Shown here: piece by piece, positions 12,190 through 24,410 of the stretch | Layout of the letters: the number at the start of each line of letters is the position of its first letter | How positions within the stretch are numbered: the stretch's first letter is position 1 | NCBI RefSeq assembly: GCF_016432865.1 | Contig: NC_067401.1 | Span: forward strand, 204,786,001 to 204,850,000 | Origin: Antechinus flavipes | Lineage: Eukaryota | Length of the DNA: 64,000 nt | Direction of reading: 5' to 3' | Made by a program: the position numbers and the translations under genes | The notes under the pieces: generated by a model | What the model saw: only the letters and a program-made list of their open reading frames with translations | The model's database searches: none | What the model was told of the DNA's origin: nothing

Positions 12190-14330
12190 GTAGTTGTTGT
12201 TCTATAAGAAATGATGAGAAGGCTGATTTCAGAAATGCTTGGAAAGACATGAATTGATGCTGAGTGATTTAAGCAGAACCAAGAGAACATTGTATACAAT
12301 AATAATAAGATTACGTGAAGACCAACTATGATGGACTTGGCTCTTTTCAATAATGACGCGATTCAAAGCAATTCCAATAGACTTGTGATGGAAAGGTCCA
12401 TCTGCATCCAGAAAGAGAACTAAGGAAATTGAATATAGATAAAAGCATAATATTTTCACCTTTTTGTTGTTGCTGTTGGTGGTTCACTTTTTTTCCTTCT
12501 ATTTTTTTCCCTTTTGATCTGATTTTTCTTGCACAGCATGATGAATATGAAAATATTTAGAAGAATTGCATATGTTTAACCTATATTAGATTACTTATTG
12601 TGATTGGGAAGGGAGGGGAGAGAGGGAGAAAAATTTGGAACAAGATTTTGCAAAGGTAAATGTTGAAAATTATCTTTGCATGTATTTGGAAATATAAAAT
12701 ATTATTAAGAAAAATGGGGAAAGTGCTCTAAATATTATTGACTATAAAAATGAAAATTAAAACAACTCTGAGGTATCACCACACTTATCAAATTGGCTAA
12801 GATGACAGGAAAAATAATGATATCTATATATTGGAAAGGATGTGGAAAAATTAGGATATTTGTTGTACTAACATGCATTGTTGGTGGAGTAGTGAACTGA
12901 GCTAACCATTCTGGGGAGTAATTTGGAACTATGCCCAAAGGGCTATCAAATTGTGCATACTCTTTGATCCAGCAGTGTCTCTACAAGGTTTGTATCCCAA
13001 AGAAATCATAAAAGAGGGAAAAAAGACCCACATGTACAAAAATATTTGTAGCAGCTCTTTTTGTGATAGTCAAAAAATTGGAAAAATGAGTAGATACCCA
13101 TCAATTGGGGAATGGCTAAATAAGTTATGGTATATGAAACTAATGTAATATTGTTGTTCTATAAAAAAATTATAAACAGGCTGATTTTAGAAAATCCTGG
13201 AAAGACTTACATGAACCAATTCTGAGTCAAACAAGAACCAAGATAACATTGTATACAACCATAAGATAATCAACTATGATAGGCTTGGCTCTTCTCAGCA
13301 ATTCTATGATCCAAGATAATTCCAATAACTTTGAATGGAAAATTCAGAGAGAGAACTATGGAAACCGAATGCAGATAAAAGCATACTATCTTCACAATTC
13401 TTTTTTCTTCTGTATTTTGTTTCTCTTGGTTTTTCCTTTTTGCTCTGATTTTACTCTTTCAACATGATGCATATGGAAATATGTTTTAAAAAATGTATGT
13501 GTATAACCTAAAAATAAATTTTTTTAAAAATTGATGAGCAGGTTGATTTCAGAAAAGCCTGAAAAGATTTACATGAACTAAGGCTGAGTGAAGTGAACAG
13601 AACCAGAAGAATATTATACACCTAAAGTAAAACTATATAATGATCAACTGATAGACTTAGCTCTTCTCAGCAATACAGTGATCCAAGACAATCCCAAAAG
13701 AATTGGGGACGGGAAATGCCATTCATATCCAGAGAAAGAACTATGGAGACTAACTGTGGATCAAAGTATACTATTTTCATCTTTCTGTTTTTTCTTTCTT
13801 ATGGTTTTTCCTTTTCGTTCTGATCTTACTTTTACAATATGATTAGTATAATGTGATTAAATTATTATATATATATATAACCTATATCACATTGCTTATT
13901 GTTTTGGAGAGGAGAGAAATAAAGGAGGGGAAAAAATTTGGAACTCAAGATCTTACAAAAATGAATGCTAAAAACATATATTGTATCTAGGATATCCTGC
14001 AACATATTTAACATATATAGGACTGCTTGCCATCTAGGGGAGGGAGGGAAAAATCGGAACAGAAGAGAGTGCAAGGGATAATGTAAAAAAATTACCCTGG
14101 CATGGATATTGTCAATAAAGTTATTATAAAATAAAAAAAGAATAACTTCTGCATGAATGTGGACAAGGAAAAAAAATGAATGCTAAAAAGTTATTTTTAA
14201 AATGAATGCTAAAAAGTTATTTTTGCATATAATTAGAAAAATAAAATATTATTACATAAAAAACTAAATAAAAAATTTTTTAAAAATAAAATATGGATTT
14301 TTTTTTAAAAAAAGGATTCTTTGAATCAGA
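12190..14330 (+). mobile_element. Stack of at least four L1 3' fragments in the same orientation
   Basis: The gctgatttcagaaa...gctgagtga...agaacca block recurs at about 12220, 13180 and 13545; several 3' tails are present. Confidence 0.88.
13975..14171 (+). mobile_element. Young, severely 5'-truncated L1 insertion with 18-bp TSD
   Basis: TSD aaaaatgaatgctaaaaa at 13957-13974 and 14172-14189. Body matches the tail of the L1 at 36785-37294. Confidence 0.85.
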
Positions 14331-15399
14331 CAAATGACTTAGATGGATAATAAGCCAAACCTGAAATACTAATACTTCCCTTTAGTTCATGATTCACTGA
14401 CCAAACCTGAGATTATACATATTCTGGCAACTACATTTCTGCAAACAGGGTAGAATTGGCAGCCTCACTGCCATCCTCTGTCTTTTGTAAAGAAAGCAAG
14501 GGCTCATTCACTGAATTTTGTCCTTAAGTGGTAAGAAAAAATTTTCTCCCAGGTCTCTAAGCTGTTAACCAGAGCTGTTAACCACAAGCAGCCACACTTT
14601 TGTGTAAAGAACCTCTTGCCTTCACTTTGGAGAGCAAGGACTCAGAGTGTGAACCTCATGCTTTACTAACAGGGGAATCCTTTCTTCTCCCTAGGTCCAG
14701 AATTGCTGACCAAGATTGAGATTAGAATCCTTGGCATCTGTATCTTCATGGGCAAGAATTCCTGCCTTCACCAAAAAGAGAAAGGGCTGAGAGCACAAAT
14801 TCTGTGCATCACCAGCAGGGAAATCCTCTCCAATAGTATCACTTAGATTCATAGCCACTTGTAAGTAGGACCAGGACTCTTAGATCAGATTTCTGTGTCC
14901 CAAAAGAAGGGAATTACTCTTATCATGTCCAAGGCAATGCTTTTACCCCCATCATACATTCACTCACACCCAAAGATGACCATGTCTTTAGTTCCACCAT
15001 TCTCTGTAACTATCCCCCTTCCCTGATCAAGAATTCTTCAAATTATCTATCATTTTTCTTTCTATCTCATCATCTTAAAATAATTCTTCATCCCCCTTAT
15101 GATCTACACTCTCTTTGACCTCTCCCTATGCTTCCACTTCCTTTTTCTCAAGACTCTGGGCTCACATAGATTATACTTAATCCAAAATTATGTTCCACAA
15201 AAGGGAAGTTGTTGATAACAAGAAAATTGTTTTCTCTCTTTGGCTCACTGCCCCCACCTAGAAGTGGGCAAGTTAAATTCCTGTTATTTACATTGCTCAT
15301 GTCTAGGTTTCTTCCAAAGAGAAATCAAAACCTCCAGTCTTCATAGAAGCATTCAAGATACAATATGTATGTGGGACAATCTTCATTTCTCTCTGCATA

Positions 15400-17782
15400 A
15401 AATACAGGACAATTAAAAGGCTGACAGAAGTCTATAAATAGATACAGAAATACATAATGTACTCAAATAACTTATGGTTGACCCTAAAAGAACTTGACAT
15501 CCCAATGATACTCCCTTTTCCCACAAAGTCCTTTCCATACTTATAATGCCATTCCATACCTATCCCTAGACAATGTCCACTCCCCAGAAATTAAGTGTAT
15601 TTTGGGAATTGCTTAACAATCTACTGATTGTACTGTTTGAGGAACAACTTCTGCAAACCTCTAAGTATGCTGGTTGCTACTATTTCTTGAGCTCTCAAGG
15701 CCCAGCAATATTTGTTATTCTGACTAAAAGGCTAGATTCTAGGATCACAATGCCATTGGGAGAAAAGAAACAAGAGATCAAAGTTCAGGAAGATTATCCA
15801 TGAACTACTCTCTTGGGCTGTATACAAGGATATCTACCCTTGCCATATGCTTTTACACTATGCCACCATAAGTTATCCATGGGGAAGGAAATTAGGTTTA
15901 AAGGAAGCATGAAGAAGTGTTTATACTTCTTACTCCTTTAGGAGAGTGGGAAAAGTTCCCTAATTAACATAAGAGGATTATTGGGTTCTGAATATTTAAT
16001 GTAGGCAACTAATGGGACACTAGGGACTTAATAAGTAACTGACTCTATCCCTTTATGGTTAATGTAAAAAACAAACTAACCAACTCTGTAATCTCTGAGG
16101 AATCAATTAAGAGAATGAGTCAAGAAGAGAGCCAGCTATGAAAGTAAGACTTAGCTGTAGAGTTCACTTTTTACCTTTTTCTGTGAACTCCTTGGACTTT
16201 TAAGCAAGGGGATAGGAGTTTTCTCTTCTATCCCTTCCATAAGCAAAGACACCTTACAACAAAAGCCAATGCTAACATTCATTGAAGTGAGAGTCCAGTT
16301 GTAGATTCAAGCATAATTAAGTTGGTAAGAGGAGTAAAGAGTTCCCTTGGTAAAGTTAGGATCTTGTTCAGAGATGGCAAGCCCTAGGACTGAGAAGAAC
16401 CCTATTAATAGTTCCTAGGGTATGGGTTCCATTTATTTTGGAAGATTCATAGCATTATTATTGTCCATGATTTTATTGGAGCCTTAAGCTAAAGATAATA
16501 GAGAACATTACCAAGCATTGAAAACAGGTGCCTTACTTAAGAGCCTGATTTCCTTGGCAGAGATGCCATATCCCTTGAGAAGAAAGCAGAAAATGCTGGC
16601 AGAGGGAGCAAGGAGTAAATCTGAAGCATCAGAGTTATAAATACACCTTCGTTGCCATGTTTGTTCATTATGCATGAACATACCATTTATGAACTTATGC
16701 ATGTCTGCTCTTTACAATGATAATGTATGTACTGATGGGAGAATGTACCCCAGATTTAAGAAGAAGTTGTTTCACTGTCCTGTTCTTATGTGCTAGTGAA
16801 AGTTTTTGCTTTAAGCTAATTATATCCTCTGATTTAGTAGAGTACATTGGTGGGAACATGGGAAACTACTTTGAACATAGTATAGTTGTCCCTCGGGGAT
16901 TCAACCTGCAAATGTAAATTGATGAAGGACCTAAAAAAGGCACCATACGTATGATGAGCACAAGCTCTACTCTCTTCCAGCCCAGAAAACAAGACCACTC
17001 TTTCACTCTATTATATTTCTGTTTTCCCCAAAGATGGAAAAGAAACTTGAGAAACAGAATAAACACAATATCTCTTTTGGAGACCATGAAGAATAGTAGC
17101 TGATTCTCAGTTTATGAGTCATCAGGAGTTTCCTGTTTTCTATCGGTACATCTATAATATTCCACATTCTATGGAAATGCTTTCATGCAAAGATTCATAT
17201 ACAATAATCGTATTGTGTTCATTGAGAGTACTAGTCATATCGATCTTGAACTCCCTGATCGACCCTCCTTATACTTTTTCTCCAGTTAAATGTTTACTAT
17301 CCCAATAAATTAAAGTGGGGTATTTTGGAGTGCACTGCTCCTTTTTCCAAATTCTGAGTTGCTCTCTGACAATTTGGGGTGGTTCCAGAAGAAATTTTGT
17401 AAACATAATTTTTTATTGCCTCAACCAGTTCTTTGACATTGTCCAAATCAATAATCTTTTGAGAGGAACAAGACCTGTGAACTCCAGAAACTCTACTCCC
17501 TCTTTAGTACATAGTTTTACATATTCACACAAAGTTTATAAAGCCCTCTTTCCTAGTCTTGCTTCAATCAATCAATATAGTAATATCTCTCTTCCAAACA
17601 ACAGGAAACTTTCACTAATTGAAACCTTCCTATCAACATAAAGGTACTTCTGTAATTTTCAAACTCAGTTCAGGCTGTTCGTTGTCTTCTTAATTTCTTT
17701 TCTTCTGAGTATTTCACTCTTCTATTATTATAACTTGGATCTTTACTATTCAATGGCTCAAATCAAAGCTTTCTATTGATCA
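15400..17782 (-). mobile_element. Probable decayed ERV internal region (env-like remnant; includes repeat block B 17356-17782)
   Basis: Lacks SINE/LINE motifs. Minus-strand 16151-16432 reads as a hydrophobic leader plus three N-glycosylation sequons with two stops. Block B is repeated at 1-421. No unambiguous RT/IN motif was found. Confidence 0.4.
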
Positions 17783-18780
17783 GTGACTCATCTTTTCCTT
17801 ATGAGGTAACATTCATGAAATTCAACTTTCTTGCACTATGAAAACAAATCCTTATTTAACCTTCCCATAGCTTCTAAACAGTTAATTGATTTGCCATTTT
17901 CTAAGTTTTAATTTAGATTCTTAAAACAATTACAAGCAAATGAGCTGATCGACCCCCCAAAAAATCCTTTTAATCCATTTATTTCAGAGGCAGTTCTCCA
18001 TCCCTTCCTCCTAATTATGTTTTTGGAGGGAGCTGAAGAGATATATAATACATACATATATTTTTATATAGGCATAATTATGATATATAATCTAGGAGAA
18101 TTCTGCACAGGGATATTTAGAACCATAGGAACTTAGGAGGTTTTCAAGAGAAATATTCTATAAAAGTAAGAGAAGGTCTATGACAGATGTTTTTAGATCT
18201 GACAAAGTTAGAGGGTGGAATATATAATAATGATATAGCAAAGACTGAGGAGTGGCCAGAAAAGTCACTTGGTCAATCAATAAGTATTTATTAAATTAGT
18301 TTGTATCAGGCATTATGCTAAGAGCTAGGAATACAAAGAAAGGCCAAAAAAAAGGCAGATATGAAGATATAACTAAGGATAGAGAAGGACTAAAGGGAAG
18401 CAGCATTACAATGCCACAAAGAAGAATGAAAATCCGTTAACTCCAACAGAGTTAGAACAGCCATAAATGATATGGATTAATAATATTGCATCAGATTTGG
18501 CAGTTCAAGGAGTTCAAATATGTCTACATAAATAATATGAGATAAAAATAATTGAACCAATGTCTAACAAGACCCTGTATATTCCCAAGAGAACATGGAT
18601 GGAACCAGAATAGAATGGTCCTGACTAGTTCAAAAGAAACATAAGAATTGCAAAAATTGAACTTAAAATCTGTGGAAAAATATGAATCCAAAGTGGTAAA
18701 TCTCTACAAAGCATGAAAGAGAGAAAAACTGATTAGAATACAAAAATAAATAAATGGAAAAAGAGAAGCAAAAAGCAATG

Positions 18781-18918
18781 TTTTTGTTTGTTTGTTTCTT
18801 TGGTTTTTTTGCTGAGGCAATTAGGGTTAAGCCAGGTCACACAGCTAGGAAGTGTTAAATCTCTGAAGCCAGCTTTGAACTCAGATCCTCCTGACTTTAG
18901 GGCTGGTGCTCTATCCAT
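18781..18918 (-). mobile_element. WSINE1-type SINE
   Basis: gctgaggcaattagggttaa...ctgactttagggctggtgctctatcc. Confidence 0.85.
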
Positions 18919-19138
18919 ATTTTTAAAAATATGAGTTGTATACAAGCAAAACATGCATCTCAAAGACAAGATACTTCAGGATCACAGATGTTTCAGAAGA
19001 ACACAATAAGTCATAAAACATGAACCCCACAATGTAAGAAGTAACAAAAGGAAACTAACCAGAATTTCTGCATACTGAAAGCAGGATATCAATCAAAACA
19101 ATGAACAAATCACCTGAAGAAATTTTTTTTAAACTCTA

Positions 19139-19435
19139 TGCCACAAATTCTAAGACACATAGTAGTTTAAGCAAAAGTCCTTGATCTTTATTCTTTTTGG
19201 ACGTGAACGGAATGGTGATACAAAATAAGAGGAATGGCAACATGAATCCTCTAGGAGTGACTCTAGCTTTCTCACTCCACCCTCCAAATCTTCCACCCAG
19301 TCTCCTATACAACAGATCAAGCTTGCAGAGGCCATTCTTTCTCCAAGCATATACTAATAGAGTACTGTCCAATTGGTAATTAGTCTTAAGGGCTAGGATC
19401 TCAGTGCATCAACTCAGTTTCAGCCCATTACAACA
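19139..19435 (-). mobile_element. Solo LTR (about 297 bp)
   Basis: Minus strand starts tgttgtaatgggctgaaac and ends tttgtggca; AATAAA at 19187-19192; flanks tagaa/tagag (4 of 5 match). Confidence 0.75.
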
Positions 19436-19820
19436 TTCTATAAATCTGAGCTAATAATAAAGAGGAGAAAAACAGATATTCAATCAAAGATAAACATTTG
19501 AAACATTCTGAAAAGATAACAAAGATGGAGCAATTATTCAATTTATAAATACTCCAGACATGAGAAAGATAAATAAATATATGTACTAAGGAGAATACAA
19601 GTAACAAATTATCCCATTTCTGAAGACAGTTAAAAGGGGGAAAAAAGCAGAAAGAAAATGCATAGATTTAAAACAAGAAGAGCAATAACAATAAAATCAT
19701 TGGTAAGTTCCATCCAAAACTAGACGAATTGTCCTCCATTCCTCTCCAAATCCACTTCTGTTGGTTTTGAATCTGTTCCTTCTGTCCTTGACTCTCAATG
19801 CAGACATTGCCATTAGGTGT

Positions 19821-19948
19821 TAGGGGTTAAGTGACTTGCCCAGGGTCACACAGTGTAGTAAGTGTTAAGTGTCTGAGGTCAAATTTGAACTGAAATCCTC
19901 CTGACTTCAGAGTCAGTGCTCTATCTACGGCACTATCCAAATGTCCCC
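19821..19948 (-). mobile_element. WSINE1-type SINE
   Basis: ggggttaagtgacttgcccagggtcacacag...ctgacttcagagtcagtgctctatc. Confidence 0.85.
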
Positions 19949-20386
19949 TCCAACCCAATTTCTGAAAGATGTTTAGCAAGTTTTGAAAAAGGCTTTTTAA
20001 ATTATTTTAAAAACAAAATGGGGAACATGGTATTGGTATGGGGGGAAATGGGAAACAAAAACTATGGGGGGAAAGATTTGGAAAGATATTTAACAGATTG
20101 GCTCAATTGGTACAAAACTTTGGTCAAGAAAAAAAAACTTGCTGAAAAATTTGAATCACAGAGATACCAATGAATCAATGAGAAAACAAGAAATATTAAA
20201 ATAAAATCAAGAGGCTAAAAAAATATAAGAAAGTAAGAGATATCTCAGAGCCAAAACTGAACTGGAAAACAAATTAAGAAAAAATAATTTAAGAAATGTT
20301 GGACTACCTGAAAGCCATGATATCATATTTTAAGAAATCAAAAGAAAACTTACCCAGTTCTCTTAGAAATAGAAGACAAAGCTATG

Positions 20387-21005
20387 GTTTGTCCTTCATG
20401 CTGGAAGATAACCAAAATAGTATCATGACTTCAGGGTCAAAGTACATTGTGTCAGGCTATGGATGATCATACCAATACAAATCTGCTGGGGCATAAATAG
20501 TACTTATGACCATTTGGGAGAGAGATGTCACTAAATTTGCATACCTCATATTTCTTTTGAGCTATTGCAATTCTGCTTTGTTCATAGAACATAGCATTTT
20601 GATGCAACACATCAGGCTGGATGATCGTGTGCCAGTGTCTCTTGTGTCTCACAACTGATTCCAAAGTTCTTCAGAGACCTTGAGAATGTCCTTGTATCAC
20701 TTCTGATACCTGCCTTGTGTGAGTTCTCCATAAAATACTCCTTTGGGCAAAGATACATTTGGCATTCAACGTGGCCAGCCTATCAGAATTCTGCTCTCTG
20801 CAGCAGAATTTTGAATGCTTGGCAATTCAGTGACTCAGTACTGTGACTAGTACCTTATCTTGCCAGGTAATTTTCAGAATCTTCCTAAGACAATTCGAAT
20901 GGAAGAATTTTCCCAGCATGGCACTGCTAGGCTGTCCAGGTTTCACAGGCATACAACAATATTGGCACAATAGCTCTAAAGACCTTTAGTTTGGAAGTCA
21001 GAACT
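20387..21005 (-). mobile_element. RTE-clade LINE, 3' part of ORF
   Basis: Minus-strand translation pieces KLKVFRAIV.ILLYACETWT, CLRKILKITWQDKV and YEQSRIAIAQKK. Confidence 0.88.
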
Positions 21006-21928
21006 CTGAGATACCACTACACACCTTTCTCACTGGCTAAGATGAAAGGAAAAGATAATGACAAATATTTGAGGGTATGTGGGAAACTGGGACACTGATA
21101 CATTATTGATGGAACTGTGAACAGATCCATCCATTCTGGAGAGCAATTTGGGACTATGCCCAAAAAGTTATCAAACTGTGCATACCTTTGATCCAGCAGT
21201 GTTTCTACTGGATTTATATCTCAAAGAGATCTTAAAGGAGGGAAAGAGACCCAAGTGTGCAAAAATGTTTGTGGCAGCCAGATTTGTAGTGGCAAGAAAC
21301 TGGAAACTGAATGGATGCTCGTCATTTGGGGAATGGCTGAATAAATTATGGTTTTTGAACATTATGTAATATTATTGTTCAACAAGAAACAATCAGTAGG
21401 AAGATTTCAGAGAGGCCTGGAGAAACTTGATCATCAATATGAATTGATGCTAAGTGAAATAAGCAGAACCAGGAGATCATTATACATGACAACAGCAAAA
21501 CTATATAACAATCGATTCTGATGGATGTGGCTCTCTTCAACAATGAGATGATTTAAACCAGTTCCAGTGATCTTGTGATGAAGAGAGTCATCTACACCCA
21601 GAGAGAGGACTATGGGAACTGAATATGGATCACAACATAATGTTCTCACTTTTTATTGTTGTTCACTTGCATTTTGGTTTCTTACTCATTTACTTTCCTC
21701 TTTGATCTGATTTTTCTTGTGCAGCAAGAGAATTATATAAATATATATATTTGTATATATTGGATTTAATATATATTTTAACATATATAACATATATTGC
21801 ATTGCTTACCATCTAGGGGAGGAGTAGGGGGAAGGAGAAGAAAATCTGAAATATAACGCTATGCAAGGGTCAATGTGGAAAAATTACCTGTGCATATGTT
21901 TTGAAAATAAAAAGCTTTAAAAAAAATG
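21004..21928 (+). mobile_element. L1 3' fragment (about 0.9 kb)
   Basis: ctctgagataccactacacacct...atcaaactgtgcatacctttgatccagcagtg...aataaaaag tail. Confidence 0.9.
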
Positions 21929-23973
21929 TGGAAATCAGTCAAATGCCTCTTCTCTCCTATATATTCTTTTGGAACTTCCCAAATGCTTAATTAGATCTAG
22001 TAATATAGTCATCAACTTCATCATCTAAGTGCACAACACTGGAAGTACCAAAAAAGGGAATTTATCCACAGCATTCAAAATTTTTCCACTTGCTATATTG
22101 GAGGGTTCCATATATGGTGATGCAGTATTGGCTCTTGTTTTCTTGGTATTGTTAGATCAAACTAGCACAAGCAGCAGAAAACCAATCAATACTTTGTTGT
22201 ATCTCAGTCTCAGAGGCTGGAATGAGTACACGATCAACTGTGATCAAAAAGTTGCATACTGACTCTTCTTCACTTTAATCTTACCTTTTCAAATTAAATA
22301 ATTTAGCATCATTGTAGTAGTTGATCACTGTGCCATTTTTGTCCTTGTTAAAAGACAAACTTAAGTAGAAAGAGAAAGAATTTACCAGTTACCTCCTGCA
22401 AAAAACTATCAAATGAAAACTCCCAGGTACATCACAACCAAAATCCAGAGATTTCAAGGTAAAGAAAAAAAAAACACTCCACGCAAATGATAGAAACAAT
22501 TCAAATACTGAATACTAAGTCAGGATCACATACAATTTAGTTCCCATCAATATAAAGGAGTGTGGAGAATTTGGAAAATTCTGTTCCATTTCAGAAGGCA
22601 AAAAGATGCAAGCTTACAAACAATAACTTACCTAGCAAAACCAAGTATAATGCACTCCTTCATGTTGAGGAATAATAATAGAGGAACTGCAAGTGGTTCT
22701 GTTTTGGTGATTTTAAAAAAATGGAAAATGAAAGGAAAAGTATCTCAGAGGAAGCAGACAAGGAAGAGGAAGAAATGGTGGAAATCATCTCATAAATGGC
22801 GATTCACAAAAAGCAGTCTATTCAAACAAGGACAACGGGGAGGTGGCTGAAGTGGATTCTACTTAAAATATCACGTGAAATAGTCAAGGAAAGAGAAAAT
22901 ATACATACAGAAATACATGTAAGTCAATAGAAAAATAAGGGAAAAGGAAGAATGGAATAGGAAGAGAGAGTAGATTAATGGAAGACAGTCAAGCAAAACA
23001 AACTAATTTCAGAAGATGGATTTTGAAGACACAGATGCTTTAAAAAGAAAGAATAAGAACCTGTTATTGGATTCTGGGTGAGGGAAAAAGAGGGAGAAGG
23101 GAATAGAGGGCAGATTAAATAACTGGTGCTGAGCTCACAACTTCTCTTTCTCACCACCTTTTTTTAAATGGGGACAGGAAATTTAAAAATATAAGGGAAT
23201 AAAGTAAAGGAAAATACACAATTAAAAACTATACTGAATGTTAATAGGATGAATTCACCTACAAAAAAAAAAAAAAAAAAGAGGATAATGAAATGAATTA
23301 GAAAGCAGAATCTAATATCCAAAAAAAAAAACTGAGATGAATGAAAAAACTATACTTACTATAGGGAGTGAATTTATATCAGTACTAAATATATGCATTA
23401 AATGGCATAGAATCTAAATATTTAAAGAAAAAGTTATAGGAGAAATAGTAAAAAAAAAAAAAAAATAGTGGGGGAATGAGGGGTAGCTTCAATTTACTCC
23501 TCTCAGATCTAAATAAATCAAACAAGAAAAATGTAGAAAGTGAAGGACCTCAACAGAACTTTATTAAAGTTCAATAACAGATCTCTAGAAATAATAGAAA
23601 AATATATGTATTCTCTCTCAGCCATACATGGCTCTTTCAAAAATATTAACAATATTACTGCATAAAAACATCACAAATGTAGAAAAGCAAATATGTTAAA
23701 CACAATTTTGTGGACAACAGTGCAATAAAAAATGATATCCAATAAAGGTTACTAAAGAAATGATTTAAAATTCACTGAGACTAAATAACTTAATCCTAAA
23801 GAATATATGGATCAAATGATAAACAATAGAAATAGTAAACTAGTAAATAGTAAAAATAAAACAATATAATGAGACAACATAAAACAATTTCAGAAATGTA
23901 GCTAAAGGATTCCAAAATTTATGTCTAAGCACCTGAATCAATAAAAAGCCAGATCAACAATTTGTAAAAGCAA

Positions 23974-24007
<34 letters not shown>

Positions 24008-24049
24008 GGCAATCCTTAGAGATACCTGGACCACATATTGAGAACCACT

Positions 24050-24410
24050 GCTATAGACCAAAGGCAAATTTCTAATAGACTTGGGATGGAAAATGCCATC
24101 CACATACAGAGAACTATAGAGACTAAATGTGGATCAAAGCATACTGTTTTCAGCTTTTTGTTGTTGTTTGTTTATTTCTTTTTTGCTCATGGTTTTTTCC
24201 CTTTTGATCTGCTTTTTCTTGTACAACAAATATGGAATTGTTTAAAAGAATTGCACATATTTAACCTATATCAGATTACTTATTGTCTTGGAGAGGGGGG
24301 AGATAAGGGAAAGAGGGAGAAAAATTTGGAACACAAAATTTTACAAAAATGAATGTTGGAAACTATCTTTATATGATGTATTTGGGAAAATAAAATCTTA
24401 TTGAAAAGTT
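24050..24410 (+). mobile_element. L1 3' UTR fragment
   Basis: gaaaatgccatccacatacagagaactat...aaaatttggaacacaaaattttacaaaaatgaatgttgg. Confidence 0.82.

Larger units (their letters stand above)
18940..24004 (+). mobile_element. Old L1 5' half (ORF1 and endonuclease remnants) fragmented by later insertions
   Basis: ORF1-like pieces at about 20130-20380 and 22400-22660; endonuclease-like ctgaatgttaataggatgaattcacct near 23235; very degenerate. Confidence 0.65.

Noticed and set aside
14740-14870. Hydrophobic minus-strand stretch considered as a class II leader exon
   Set aside because: Only an 11-nt match to a remembered DAB exon 1; no start codon or donor in a suitable frame.
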